The position numbers and the translations under genes are program-made. A stretch of DNA of 61,943 nt, counting the filler. It is 5 parts of 5 records of this genome, joined end to end, with 100 filler letters (N's around TTAATTAATTAA, not from the genome) between each part and the next. Parts side by side here need not be neighbours in the genome. Positions count along the whole stretch, not along the records: positions 5,344 to 29,189 come from SRR31147125_24071; positions 29,290 to 40,257 come from SRR31147125_24075; 3 more parts are not named here. One strand, given 5' to 3'. Of the stretch, positions 20,094-31,145 are shown in pieces (within the stretch, counting starts at the first letter, position 1; each line of letters opens with the position of its first letter). The notes beneath the pieces were generated by a model that did no database searches, had not been told where the DNA came from, and was given only the letters and a program-made list of their open reading frames with translations.

Positions 20094-20714
20094 TTATCGG
20101 ATGAAGTTGAAAAAAACACGGTCGGTCGCGGACGGCGGCGTCAGCTCGTCTTTCGTGCTGTCCTTCATTTTCATCAGCCACGCCATATTTTTTCCAAGAC
20201 TGCGCATGCGCCAAAGGCCTTCCTTGTCCTGCTGGACTTCGTCAGGCCTGGCTCCGAAAACAACGTTGAATCCGGACGGCACGACGATAAATTCGGAGGC
20301 CAGCAAGAACGTATTTAGCTCAGAAAGAGCAGACATAGCGCCCGCTCTTCTCAAAACGACAAGCGACGCGCCAACCTTAAACCGCAGCTGGCCCGCTGTC
20401 GAGGAGAAGAAGGCGCGGTCTAAAAAGCTTTTCATGACGCCGGTGATGCCGCCATAATAAACGGGACTTGCCAGCAGCAGCCCGTCCGCCGCGTGTATTT
20501 TTGCAAGGATTTCAAAAAATTCCGGGTCGTCCAGGATGCATCGGCCGGTTTTTTTACAGCTGTGACAGCCCGTACAGCCGCGGATAAGCTTGTCGCCGAT
20601 GGTGATAATCTCCGTGTCGATCTGCTCTTCTTTAAGTGCGGATGCGACAATCTCCAGCGCCTGATACGTATTGCCCACCGGATGTGGGCTGCCGTTTAAC
20701 GCGATGACTTTCAT
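20094..20714 (-). CDS. Iron-sulfur flavoprotein / NADPH-dependent FMN reductase (flavodoxin-like)
   Basis: NGSPHPVGNT, CTGCHSCKKTGRC, ASPVYYG, KSFLDR. Confidence 0.9.
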   Translation of the reverse strand: MKVIALNGSPHPVGNTYQALEIVASALKEEQIDTEIITIGDKLIRGCTGCHSCKKTGRCILDDPEFFEILAKIHAADGLLLASPVYYGGITGVMKSFLDRAFFSSTAGQLRFKVGASLVVLRRAGAMSALSELNTFLLASEFIVVPSGFNVVFGARPDEVQQDKEGLWRMRSLGKNMAWLMKMKDSTKDELTPPSATDRVFFNFIR

Positions 20715-20957
20715 TTTATGCGCTCCTTCCATGGTCCTGCAGCTCAGCTGCGCAACCGTAATGTTATTTTTATAATACCATATCACCTAATCCATGAAAA
20801 CAGCTTTTCGTGCAAGCAGCGAACGTGCATCCCCTCACCTATGCACCCGTCTCATCCGTCCTTTTCCAGCTTGCGACAGCTTTTTATCTGTGTTATAGTT
20901 TTTAAACAATCATTTCGAGACAGGTATAGCCTGCTCTAAAGATCGGAGTGCGACATC

Positions 20958-22849
20958 ATGACGTATGAGCACGTGTTCCGGCCGCTGACAATTGGGCCGC
21001 TGACTGTTAAAAACAGGATTGAGGTCTCACCGGCCGAACCTTTTTGTGCACAAAGGACGGCCTTGTGACGGATGAATTCATCGCGTTTACAGCTAGGATG
21101 GCCAAAGGCGGCGCGGGAATTGTCACAGTTGGAGACAGTCCGGTGACACAGGCCTATGCCGACGAGAACCACTTCGTCGTGAATCTGGCCGACCCCTTTG
21201 TCGTTCACGGCCTCACAAAGCTGACGGACGCTATCCACCGCTACGGCGCCATCGCGTCCATCGAGCTGAATTTAAGGCTCCACATCTTTCCCGCCGATAT
21301 GACGAAAGAAGAGCTCAAAGAGATTATCAGGGCCTTTGCCGGCGCGGCAGAGCGCTGTAAAAAAGCCGGGTTTGATATGGTGATGATCCACGGCGGACAC
21401 GGACATACCGTGGCGCAGTTTTATTCACCGCTTATGAACAAGCGGACGGATGAATACGGCGCGCAGACATTTGAAAACCGCTGCCGGTTCGCCGGTGAGA
21501 TGCTGGACGCCGTCCGCGCGGCCATCGGCCCGGACATGGCCATTGAGTACCGTATGAGTGGCGATGAGCTGACGGACGGCGGCGTCGGTATCGACGAGGC
21601 CGTATTATTCGCCAAAGCAATGGCGGATAAAATCGACCTTATACATATATCGGCCGGGAATCTCTATAATCCGTCTTCGCTCGCCTGGGCAATGCAGCCA
21701 ACGTATTTGCCGATGGCCACGAACGTCCGGCTGGCCGAGCGTATGAAAAAAGAGCTGTCGATCCCCGTTACTTCTGTCGGGTCTTTCAATTTAGACCTGG
21801 CGGAAGCGTCGCTGGCTGCCGGCCAGGCTGATATGATCGCAATGATCCGCCAATTTATTGCCGATCCGGACTGTGTAGAAAAGGCGCGCCTCGGACGCGG
21901 CGACGAAATACGCCCCTGCATCCGGTGCATGGTGTGCACCGGCGACGACCCGCACGGCTGCCCGAAACCGCTTCGATGCACCGTCAACCCCGTAATGGGC
22001 CGGCATCCGCTGTTTGACGTTATTTCCAAAAATCAGCCGCCTAAAAAGGTCGTTGTGATCGGCGGCGGCGCAGCCGGTCTGGAAGCTGCGCGGCGCTGTG
22101 CCGAACGCGGCAACGCGGTGGTGCTTTTTGAAAAAGAACCGGTTTTAGGCGGCACCTTGATTGCCGCCGGCGCCAATGTACTCAAAGCCGACGTCCGCCG
22201 CTACCACGAATGGTCTGTGAGAATGACGGAGCGGACACCCGGTATCGATATCCGCACAGGCACGGCTGCTACGCGGGAGCTTGTAGCGGCTGAAAATCCG
22301 GATGCCGTGATCGTCGCCGTTGGCAGCGATCCTATTGTCCCTGATATACCCGGGGTTAATAATCCGAACGTCTGTCTGGCGTCCGACGTTGATCTGGGAA
22401 AAGCGCTCGTCGGAAAGCGCGTCGCGCTCATCGGCGCAGGCCTTACCGGCACGGAAACAGCTGTCACACTGGCGCGGGACGGTCATGAGGTCTTGCTCAT
22501 TGATATGCTGAGTTTGGAGCAAATCGACAGCCGGGGGAACGCGTCGCGCTCCGTTATAAACGTCCTGCGCCGAATGGCGCAGGAGGCCGGCGTCACCGTT
22601 ATGACGGGACTGACGGCACGTGAAATAACGGACGGCGCGCTCATTACGGAGGACGAAGCCGGTACGCTTGTAAAGCTCCGCTGCGACAGTGTCGTGCTCT
22701 CGATTGGCCTTCGGCCTCGCGCTGCGCTGGCTGCGACTTTTAAGGACTGCGCACCAAACGTCTACACGGTCGGCGACTGCGCAGCCAAAACCGGCAATAT
22801 CACGTCCGCTGTTTTAAGCGGCTTTTACGCAGCCATGAACATCGGCTGA
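20958..22849 (+). CDS. NADH:flavin oxidoreductase (OYE-like TIM barrel + FeS + FAD domain); frameshift in T5 run ~21041-21045
   Basis: True start MTYEHVFRPLTIGPLTVKNRI in another frame; NKRTDEYG, CIRCMVC..C, GGGAAG, GAGLTG. Confidence 0.9.
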
Positions 22850-22909
22850 ATTGTTTATCGCCCGAGGCTGCACTTCCGTCTGAAAATATACGAAAAGAGA
22901 CTCTCATCT

Positions 22910-23824
22910 ATGAATATGTCCGCAATCTTGACCCAGATGGCTGTTTTATTTATTGTCATGGCCATCGGATACGTCGCCTTCAAATTTAAAATTCTGACGA
23001 ACGAATCCAACAAATTAATCTCTAAGCTTGTCATTAACATTGCAATGCCCTGTACGATTTTAAACTCCATTTTAAGCGGCGAAACCACGGCAACAGGTCG
23101 TGACGCAGCAGTATTTATGCTCATGGCCGTTATTTTATTTGCACTGTTTTTCTTGGTATCAGCGCCCCTGCCGCAGCTTTTGCGTACCGATAAAGGCGAT
23201 CGGGGCCTATTCCGTTTTATGGTCGTTTTCGGCAATGTGGGTTTTATGGGGTTTCCCATCATTCAGTCGATCTTCGGCACAGGCGCGGTTTTTTATGTAA
23301 CGATTTTTAACATTGTATTCAGCGTTTTGTGCTTTTCAGTAGGCATCATTATGGTCTCAGGCAAAAGTGATAATTTTAATCCTCTTCTCTTTATTAATCC
23401 GACCATGGTGGCCTCTATTTTAACGGTTATTCTGTTTTATACGAAACTGCCGATACCGCCGGTGATCTCTCAAGCGGTTAATCTGGTCGGTCAGCTGACA
23501 ACGCCGTCGGCTATGCTGGTCATCGGCTCAACACTGGCCGTTATTCCTTTAAAAGAGGTGTTTTCCGAGCTCCGCATCTATCCGCTCGCGGTCGTCAAGC
23601 TTTTGATCATCCCGGTTCTGAGCTGGCTTGTGTTGCGGCTTTTTATTGCGGACCCACTGATACTTGGCATACTCATCGTCCTCTCCGCGATGCCGACCGC
23701 CTCAAATGCCACCATGCTGAGTATGGAGTACGGCGGGAATGAAGAACTCGCCTCCAAGGGGATATTTCTCACAACGCTGCTTTCGGTGGCAACGATCCCG
23801 CTTATTATGTATCTGCTGCTGTAA
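22910..23824 (+). CDS. AEC-family (auxin efflux carrier) transporter
   Basis: FGNVGFMGFPI, AMPTASN, multiple TMs. Confidence 0.92.
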   Translation: MNMSAILTQMAVLFIVMAIGYVAFKFKILTNESNKLISKLVINIAMPCTILNSILSGETTATGRDAAVFMLMAVILFALFFLVSAPLPQLLRTDKGDRGLFRFMVVFGNVGFMGFPIIQSIFGTGAVFYVTIFNIVFSVLCFSVGIIMVSGKSDNFNPLLFINPTMVASILTVILFYTKLPIPPVISQAVNLVGQLTTPSAMLVIGSTLAVIPLKEVFSELRIYPLAVVKLLIIPVLSWLVLRLFIADPLILGILIVLSAMPTASNATMLSMEYGGNEELASKGIFLTTLLSVATIPLIMYLLL

Positions 23825-24093
23825 CGCATTCGGAACCCGGGCCGTACGTAACGCCTGATGAATTATCAGTCTCAATCATAAAAAAGCCCCGCGTCCTTTG
23901 GACGCGGGAGAAGTTTTTATAAGACTGTGCCGGCTCTGAAATTGGGAATACAGCCATTATGAAGGGTTATAGAAGAAAGTTTAAGAAGGAGAAAATGTCA
24001 AAGCTGTTAAGAAAGCGCGCTTTCAAAATAAACTTTGTTAAGGGGTAATAACCGTCTTCCCGTCCAGGCCGGCACGAATCTAACAAGGGGGGC

Positions 24094-24528
24094 TCAGTAA
24101 GTGACGGAGGCCGAATAACCGGAGGCCTGTTCGACATAACCGCCCTGAGCGTTGAATACCGTTGCCGTCGAACGCACGCGATACGTGCCGCGTGCAACAG
24201 CATATTGCTGGCTGATGCTGGTTCCCACAAATCCGGTACCGGAACTCGTCCAGTAGGTGACGGTTGACCAGCTGCCGCCGGACAGTTTCTCCAACGCTAC
24301 TGTTAAATAAACTGTATAGTTGGAGACAGAGCACGTTGCGCCGCCGCCAATTGAAGCAATGCCTAAGCCGTTGATCGATAAAGATGCAGAAATTGTCTGC
24401 AGGCCGACATACTGTACGCTGTAAACACCGTCGCTTTCCATATCATTCGCCGCCATTACTGCCGAGCCGGATGAAAGGATGATCATAACAACAAGGACAA
24501 GACCGATGGTCCTTTTCATTTTTTTCAC
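24094..24528 (-). CDS. Secreted beta-rich hypothetical protein (probable ECF target)
   Basis: GGAGGTG SD, Sec signal peptide (..SAVMA), GTYRV strand motif. Confidence 0.8.
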   Translation of the reverse strand: MKKMKRTIGLVLVVMIILSSGSAVMAANDMESDGVYSVQYVGLQTISASLSINGLGIASIGGGATCSVSNYTVYLTVALEKLSGGSWSTVTYWTSSGTGFVGTSISQQYAVARGTYRVRSTATVFNAQGGYVEQASGYSASVTY

Positions 24529-24559
24529 AAAAAACACCTCCATTATTGTCTTTCACTTA

Positions 24560-24590
24560 TATAGACAACAATGAAGATGTTTTGAAACAT
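24560..24590 (-). promoter_or_regulatory. Putative ECF-sigma promoter
   Basis: Minus strand TGTTTCAAAA...TGTCTATA upstream of the secreted protein gene, downstream of the ECF/anti-sigma pair. Confidence 0.45.
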
Positions 24591-24619
24591 TATTTGAGAC
24601 AAATTTTTTAATTTTTTTC

Positions 24620-25327
24620 TTATTCGATGCTTTCCGCCATTTTTGTGATCTCTTCAATTGAAACGGTGCCGCATATATAATAAATATGGCTGTTGGCCGT
24701 CCAGATTACATTCGTCAGATCATTTTTAATAATAACAGTCGCTTCAGTACCGTTGATTAATACTTTTTGCGCGTTTTGAGAATCTTCCGTATCAATATTA
24801 ACGGTGCTATCTTTCGTATAGACGTCATACATAATTACCTTTTCCGAGTTGTCTTCTACGGTATAGGTGATATGGCTGTGATAATTATCCGACATCTCGC
24901 TGCTTATAACATAGCCTTCCGGAATGTACTCTGGGAATTTAATGTCGCCCACACTCATCGTCTCGTCCGTATGCATGCTTATGGTCGTATATTTAGGATC
25001 TGCCCGAAACAGCAGATTGAACACTTCTATCCGGAACGCATCCACCGTCACCATTGATATGAGAAAAACGATCACCAGCACCGCCGCGGAGGCCATTGCC
25101 CTGTTGATGAGCCGCATGATTTTTTTATTTCGGCCCGACTGCTTGCCGACGGCCCGGCCGAGCGCCTTTTCAAACTGCGCCAGCTGCCGCGCGGTCGGCC
25201 GCTCATCACAGATGGTCTCGTCTGTCAGGTCCATATCGAGGCCCTCCATCTCCGACGCGTCGAATGCCGCCAGCCGGAACAGGCTTTCCTCATATTCATT
25301 AAACAGTATTTGTCTGTTATTCTCCAT
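24620..25327 (-). CDS. DUF4367-domain membrane protein (putative anti-sigma factor)
   Basis: Single TM, then PEYIPEGY, IDTED, INGTEA, W, EEITKMAESI. Confidence 0.85.
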   Translation of the reverse strand: MENNRQILFNEYEESLFRLAAFDASEMEGLDMDLTDETICDERPTARQLAQFEKALGRAVGKQSGRNKKIMRLINRAMASAAVLVIVFLISMVTVDAFRIEVFNLLFRADPKYTTISMHTDETMSVGDIKFPEYIPEGYVISSEMSDNYHSHITYTVEDNSEKVIMYDVYTKDSTVNIDTEDSQNAQKVLINGTEATVIIKNDLTNVIWTANSHIYYICGTVSIEEITKMAESIE

Positions 25328-25882
25328 AACCGATCTCCTCGAACATCAGCTTTTTGGCATCCTTGCGCGCCCGTGATAAGTAAGTTCTGACGCTGTCTGT
25401 CGATATCGAATATATTTCAGATATCTGTTCATCCGTCATATTTAAAAGATATTTAAAATACAAAATGTTTTTCTTTTTTTCCGGCAGCTGAAGGATTGCT
25501 TTGGCAAGCAGCTTAAGCTCATGCTCCTGTATAAGCCTGTCATCCACATCGTCCCGCGGGTCCGAGCCGTAATCCGGCAATTCCGTCTCTGCGGCCGTAT
25601 CAACATGCTTGGTGACAACAGTCTGATGTTTTAAAAATTGATCGCCACGCTCCTGGCCGTATATTTTATGTACGCGGTAAGCCTCCCACTGCTTAATCCC
25701 CGGAGCGTCGACGCTTTTTCAATCAGCTTTAAAAAGCTGTCGTTTATCAGGTCGTCCACATCGCTGTGTACGCCCGTTAAGCTGACAATTGTTTTTTTCA
25801 CAAGGCCGTAGTAGTCCTTGTAAATCTTAACAATAAATGCTTGATCGTCATTATCGTCAGCGCCGATATGAATTCTGCGCAT
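25317..25882 (-). CDS. ECF RNA polymerase sigma-70 factor; frameshift at ~25633-25637
   Basis: Region 2 (DDLINDSFLKL..YIKYTARSVAINF) and region 4 (LPEKKK..SVRTYLSRAR) in different frames; one extra base gives NFLKHQT. Confidence 0.87.
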
Positions 25883-26145
25883 ATATAACCACCTAATAAT
25901 AGTCTCTTTATTTTATATTTTACCTTTTTCCCGATTAGGAAATCAAGTCATTTTATTACAATCGGTATAAACACCAAATATTGGCTTTCTTTAACGGCAA
26001 ATCCGATAATTATCGGCAGTTTATCACTCCTCCGATGGGGATTCACACCCTGAAACAAACCCAGAGCACATTCAGACGTCACTCAAAAAACACTATCCCG
26101 CACTACTACGGAATAGTGTTTTTTTACATTATGTAATAAAAAAGT

Positions 26146-27315
26146 TCAGCCCCTTAAAATACCGCACGCGTCTATCAGCCGCACGGCCTGTGTCAGCGCG
26201 TCCTCGTCCTGTACGAGCGCCAGACGCACATGGCCCTCGCCCGACGGACCAAACGCCCGGCCGGGCGTAACGAGAACACCCGATACTTCAAACAGCTTTT
26301 TAACAAACATTTCGCTGTTGGAAAAGTGCTGCGGAATCTTCGCCCATACAAACATGGTGGCCTGCGGTTTGTCCATCGGCCAGCCGATGGCGTTTAGTCC
26401 GTCCACCAACACGTCGCGCCGCTTTTCGTAGGCGTGCCGCGTATCCTGGACACAGTCCTGCGGGCCGGCCAGCGCCGCGACAGCCGCTTTCTGGAGCGGC
26501 AGAAACATACCATAATCCAAATTGGATTTTAGCGATTTGAGCATTGAAACAATCTCGGCATTGCCCAGTGCAAAACCGATCCGCGCACCGGCAAGACCGT
26601 ATGTTTTGGACAGCGAATTAAATTCAACGCCGATATCCTTGGCGCCGTCATACTGTAAAAAGCTGCCGCAGGTCTGCCCGTCATATACCAGCTCACTGTA
26701 GGCGTTGTCGTGCAGGACGATAATATCATATTCTCTGGCAAAGGCAACGAGCTCCCGGTAAAAAGACGGCGGCGCGAGACTCGTCGCCGGATTATTGGGA
26801 TATGACACGATCATAAATTTCGCCCAACGGGCAACATCGGCCGGTACATCTCTCAAATCAATCAGGTAGCCGTTTTCCCGTTTCTGCGGCATCGTATGCA
26901 GCTGCGCGCCGGCGAGTATCGGCCCATCGCTGAAAATCGGATAACCCGGATCCTGTACGAGGACCGTGTCACCCGGATCGATAATAGATAGCGCGATATG
27001 CGCCAGTCCGTCCTGAGAGCCCAGCAGCGACGTCATTTCTGTCCGCGGGTCGATTGTGACGCCATATCTCGTTTGATACCACGCTGATACGGCCTGCTGC
27101 AGGGCCGGCGTATCGCTGATGGCATATATATAGTTGCTTTTGTCTCGGGCATTGTCCACCAAGGCGTCCACAATATGCTGAGCGGGCGGAATATTCGGCG
27201 TGCCGACGCTCAAGTCGATCACAGTGCCTCCCGCGGCGATCCGTTCATTTCTCATTTTAGCCAGCACAGAAAATATGCCGGGCTTAAAGTAATCCATTCG
27301 CTTGGAGAATTTCAT
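26146..27315 (-). CDS. Class I/II PLP aminotransferase (LL-diaminopimelate aminotransferase-like)
   Basis: DLSVGTP, YPNNP, HDNAY, SLSKTYGLAGARIG, GEGHVRLAL. Confidence 0.88.
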   Translation of the reverse strand: MKFSKRMDYFKPGIFSVLAKMRNERIAAGGTVIDLSVGTPNIPPAQHIVDALVDNARDKSNYIYAISDTPALQQAVSAWYQTRYGVTIDPRTEMTSLLGSQDGLAHIALSIIDPGDTVLVQDPGYPIFSDGPILAGAQLHTMPQKRENGYLIDLRDVPADVARWAKFMIVSYPNNPATSLAPPSFYRELVAFAREYDIIVLHDNAYSELVYDGQTCGSFLQYDGAKDIGVEFNSLSKTYGLAGARIGFALGNAEIVSMLKSLKSNLDYGMFLPLQKAAVAALAGPQDCVQDTRHAYEKRRDVLVDGLNAIGWPMDKPQATMFVWAKIPQHFSNSEMFVKKLFEVSGVLVTPGRAFGPSGEGHVRLALVQDEDALTQAVRLIDACGILRG

Positions 27316-27613
27316 TATTGCGCACTTCCAGTCTTGCTTAATCCAGCCTATATACAATAGCACAAACACGAAAATCCTTCAAAGCTTAATCGCAAATTTT
27401 CCAGATAAAATTTTTGATATCCGTTATTTATTATGTGCTTATAACGGGAATGCTGTCAATGTCAACACCGATATTTTCAGTCTGCCGGTCGCACATGATA
27501 AATTTCGCTTTTATAGCAGATTTTGTTCAGTATATAAAAAATAGCGTCGGCAATGATAGTATCGAAAGGCGCAATCGTGCCTGACGAAAACGTTACAAAA
27601 GGAGTGTAATATA

Positions 27614-27802
27614 ATGCCTAACACGAGCCTGAACCCGAATGCGCGCGGCGCTCTCGATAAGTTCAAGATGGAAGCTGCGACGGAAGTGGGCGTCAACCTG
27701 AAGCAGGGTTACAATGGTGACCTCACCTCTAAACAGGCCGGATCGGTCGGCGGCCAGATGGTCAAAAAGATGATCCAGGCATACGAAAACGGCATGCAGT
27801 AA
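27614..27802 (+). CDS. Alpha/beta-type small acid-soluble spore protein
   Basis: ALDKFKMEAATEVGV..YNGDLTSKQAGSVGGQMVKKMI; SigG-like GTATA-N17-AATGATA at 27530-27558. Confidence 0.96.
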   Translation: MPNTSLNPNARGALDKFKMEAATEVGVNLKQGYNGDLTSKQAGSVGGQMVKKMIQAYENGMQ

Positions 27803-27828
27803 GCGCTGTTTTCCAGTTGTAATGACGC

Positions 27829-27872
27829 AAAATCAGCACAGCATTCAGGTTTCCTGAATGCTGTGCTTTTTG
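27829..27872. terminator. Bidirectional terminator (SASP / tyrS)
   Basis: AGCACAGCATTCAGG/CCTGAATGCTGTGCT. Confidence 0.8.
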
Positions 27873-27895
27873 CGTTGCCGGGGACTATTGTATCT

Positions 27896-29119
27896 TTATT
27901 TTAAAACAACTTTCTTAAATTTCTTTTTACCGCGTTTCACCACAATGCCGTCGCCGCGCAGGTCGTCGCAGCAAAAGCATGTGCTGAATTCCTTGATTTT
28001 CTCGCCGCCGGCTTCAACGCCGCCCTGCTCAACCGCGCGGCGCGCCTCTGATTTTGAGGGACACAGGCCGCATTTTACCAGCATGTTCAAAATATCGATC
28101 TTGCCGTCTGCCAAATCGTCCAGGCACAGCTCTGCTGTCGGCATATCTTCGGCCCCGCCGGCAGAAAAAAGTGCGCGGGCCGTCTCCAGCGCCTTGTCGG
28201 CCTCTTCCTTGCCATGGATAAGCGCCGTCAGCTCGAAGGCAAGAATCTCCTTGGCGCGGTTAAGCTCGCTGCCCTGCCAGCTTTCCATTGCCTGTATTTC
28301 CTCCAGCGGCAGAAACGTGAGCATCTTCATACACTTGATGACATCGTCGTCACCCACGTTGCGCCAGTACTGGAAGAAATCAAACGGACTTGTCTTGTCC
28401 GGGTCCAGCCAGACGGCGCCGCTTTGCGTTTTGCCCATCTTTTTACCCTCGGACGTCAACAGCAGCGTAATCGTCATGGCATGCGCGTCCTTGCCGAGCT
28501 TTTTGCGGATGAGCTCCGTGCCGCCGAGCATGTTGGACCACTGATCGTCGCCGCCGAACTGCATATTGCAGCCGTAACGAACAAACAGCTCGTAAAAGTC
28601 ATAGCTCTGCATGATCATGTAGTTAAACTCTAAAAAGGACAGCCCCTTTTCCATGCGCTGCTTGTAGCATTCGGCCCGGAGCATGGTGTTGACGGAGAAG
28701 TATGGCCCGACATCGCGTAAAAACTCAACATAATTGAGGTCCATCAGCCATTCGGCATTATTGACCATAATGGCCTTGCCCTCAGAAAAATCGATAAATT
28801 TGCTCATTTGCTTTTTAAAGCACTCGCCGTTATGCGCGATCGTCTCAACGGTCGCCATCTGGCGCATATCCGAGCGTCCGGACGGGTCTCCAACCATGGC
28901 CGTGCCGCCGCCGATGACCGCTATGGGCTTGTTGCCCGCCATCTGCAAGCGCTTCATCAGGCACAGTGCCATGAAGTGTCCGACATGCAGCGAATCAGCC
29001 GTTGGGTCAAAGCCGATGTAAAACGTGGCTTTGCCATTGTCTATAAGGTCTCTTATTTCGTCCTCGCTTGTAACCTGCGCAATAAGGCCGCGCGCGACAA
29101 GCTCGTCGTATAGCTTCAT
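27896..29119 (-). CDS. tyrS: Tyrosyl-tRNA synthetase
   Basis: YIGFDPTADSLHVGH, QFGGDDQW, KMGKT, C-terminal S4 domain. Confidence 0.98.
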   Translation of the reverse strand: MKLYDELVARGLIAQVTSEDEIRDLIDNGKATFYIGFDPTADSLHVGHFMALCLMKRLQMAGNKPIAVIGGGTAMVGDPSGRSDMRQMATVETIAHNGECFKKQMSKFIDFSEGKAIMVNNAEWLMDLNYVEFLRDVGPYFSVNTMLRAECYKQRMEKGLSFLEFNYMIMQSYDFYELFVRYGCNMQFGGDDQWSNMLGGTELIRKKLGKDAHAMTITLLLTSEGKKMGKTQSGAVWLDPDKTSPFDFFQYWRNVGDDDVIKCMKMLTFLPLEEIQAMESWQGSELNRAKEILAFELTALIHGKEEADKALETARALFSAGGAEDMPTAELCLDDLADGKIDILNMLVKCGLCPSKSEARRAVEQGGVEAGGEKIKEFSTCFCCDDLRGDGIVVKRGKKKFKKVVLK

Positions 29120-29189
29120 AAATGTCTTCCTCTCGTTTATTATTAAAGTTTACAATTTGCTTGGTTCGTAAGCTCTTCATCCAGCTTTT

Positions 29190-29289
29190 NNNNNNNNNNN
29201 NNNNNNNNNNNNNNNNNNNNNNNNNNNNNNNNNTTAATTAATTAANNNNNNNNNNNNNNNNNNNNNNNNNNNNNNNNNNNNNNNNNNNN
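29190..29289. other. Artificial contig linker
   Basis: N-run + TTAATTAATTAA + N-run. Confidence 0.98.
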
Positions 29290-29471
29290 TTTTTGAATTG
29301 AATATTCAAAACTTCACCCCCAATCACAGGTACATAATAACACATGCTATTGTATAATGCAAGGTACTAATTATAAAAATATAACTTTTTTTATGAAGTA
29401 CTGAAAAAGTAATGTAGTTTTAAGGGGAAATAAAAAAATCACCTGTTAAAATACAGGTGATGGATGTTTTT

Positions 29472-30863
29472 TTAGGGATTTAAACTGCTGATAAAACTGA
29501 CAACGGTTTCCCACACTCTATAGTTTCTTTCAAATATTAATGGAAACTCATCAATCTCATTTGGAGCGTGGTTTACACCAAGCTCTATTGTCAAGCTAGG
29601 TATACCTAAAGAGTCGATAGCCCAATCTTTATATCCAGCAGCAACCGAACTTGTACTGTTGTTTTTAATGACATCGTAATAATTTACGCTTTCAATTGCC
29701 TTAGCAAGATTATAGCATTGAGTCTTTAAAGGATCTTCTTGATTATAGTACCAGAAAATCTGCGAACCAAATGTATGATAGCTTAAAGTAACGTCAAAAT
29801 CATAGCTTTTGGTATAGTTTGTAAGGGCTCTTGTTTCTGGTTCACTTTCTGGAGATGTTCCTTTATATCCACTATAAGAAGGACCGCTTATGCTATTTGT
29901 TTGCTCCCACATAGCATCAAAGTTTCTGTTTAAGTCAACACCATTTGCGTTTGCTCTCCATCTTGCAAAATATCCTTTTCCTTTATCATCAGTATAATCT
30001 GGGTTAGGGTCATCTTGAGAAATAGCTAGAATATTTTTCTTTATCTCTTCATTTGATACAGAATCTATTCCTTGTTGACTAATCATTATGCCGTCTGGGT
30101 TGACCATTGGGATTATATGAAAAGCAGTATTTTTAAAAATATCCTTATAAGTAGCATTTTCTACATTTGCATTATAGTAATGCAAGTAGTACTCCAGTTG
30201 TTTCATCAAAACGAGTGATGACATATATTCTCTGCCGTGTATTCCAGCATGAATTAAAATATGGTTTTCAGAATCTTTGTCACCAAAAACAGCGCAAGGG
30301 ATGCTTCTTCCAAGTACAGTTTTGCCGATTTCTGAAACTTCTATCAGCTCAGGATAGCTTTTAGATAGCATATCCAAATCCTCAACCATCTCTTTGTAAG
30401 AATATTTTTTCTTAGTTATATTAACAATTGGCATATCATACATCCAACTATCAAAATCATCTAAAGGAGCAACGTATCCGCTGTGTACATAACCTTTTGT
30501 TCCGTTATAGTTTATAATGAAATATCTTTCTTCCATACCAGCTCTGGTTATGACTGCATCTTTTTCAAGCTTGCCTAATCTTTCAGATGCTATCATAGGC
30601 TGCTCTTTTACGCTTACCCATTCATTACAGATCATTTTATATTGTCTTTGCATAACAAAATCTGGTCTATCCATATCAACAAATTCATTTTCTTGAGATG
30701 CTGTTGGCTTTGATTCTATTTCATCATTTGATTGGTAAGCAGCCATAGCCTCTTTGGATATGTTTAATTTCTTTATCATTTTGCTAAGAAAAAAACCTAA
30801 TAGAATTGTTAAAACACAAAATGTACATATTGATACCAAAAAAACGATATTCTTCCTTGTCAT
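29472..30863 (-). CDS. Membrane-anchored M14 zinc peptidase (gamma-D-glutamyl-mDAP peptidase-like) with SH3b domain
   Basis: HGRE, PMVNPDG, NANGVDLNRNF, SEPET, SYHT, TIE; GYVHSGYV SH3b motif; GGAG SD. Confidence 0.9.
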   Translation of the reverse strand: MTRKNIVFLVSICTFCVLTILLGFFLSKMIKKLNISKEAMAAYQSNDEIESKPTASQENEFVDMDRPDFVMQRQYKMICNEWVSVKEQPMIASERLGKLEKDAVITRAGMEERYFIINYNGTKGYVHSGYVAPLDDFDSWMYDMPIVNITKKKYSYKEMVEDLDMLSKSYPELIEVSEIGKTVLGRSIPCAVFGDKDSENHILIHAGIHGREYMSSLVLMKQLEYYLHYYNANVENATYKDIFKNTAFHIIPMVNPDGIMISQQGIDSVSNEEIKKNILAISQDDPNPDYTDDKGKGYFARWRANANGVDLNRNFDAMWEQTNSISGPSYSGYKGTSPESEPETRALTNYTKSYDFDVTLSYHTFGSQIFWYYNQEDPLKTQCYNLAKAIESVNYYDVIKNNSTSSVAAGYKDWAIDSLGIPSLTIELGVNHAPNEIDEFPLIFERNYRVWETVVSFISSLNP

Positions 30864-31145
30864 AATTACTCCATATTTTACAAATTTCATGCCAATTATA
30901 GCATATATAGTCAGACACAAGTTTTATAATCTCCATTGTTTACCAATTGTACAAATATTCTTTAAGAGATAATTACAGATCGTTGGTTTATTTTCTTTTT
31001 AAAATAATAAGAGCAGACATCGTTTTTGAAAAAATGGTTTTTGGATATAAAGCGTGCATAAGGGGCTAAATAGTTGTGTTGACTTGGTAAGTTTATTACT
31101 ATATAATCCAAACATAATTATGCGAAGAATGAAAGGTATATATTG

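Noticed and set aside
7640..28633. Long antisense ORFs (e.g. 7640..8128, 15722..16369, 17317..18129, 27858..28544)
   Set aside because: Shadow ORFs opposite well-supported genes in GC-richer DNA, with no recognisable motifs or SD.
29120..29189. T-box leader for tyrS
   Set aside because: The upstream 70 nt look like the end of another CDS plus an SD. No T-box motif is visible before the contig ends.
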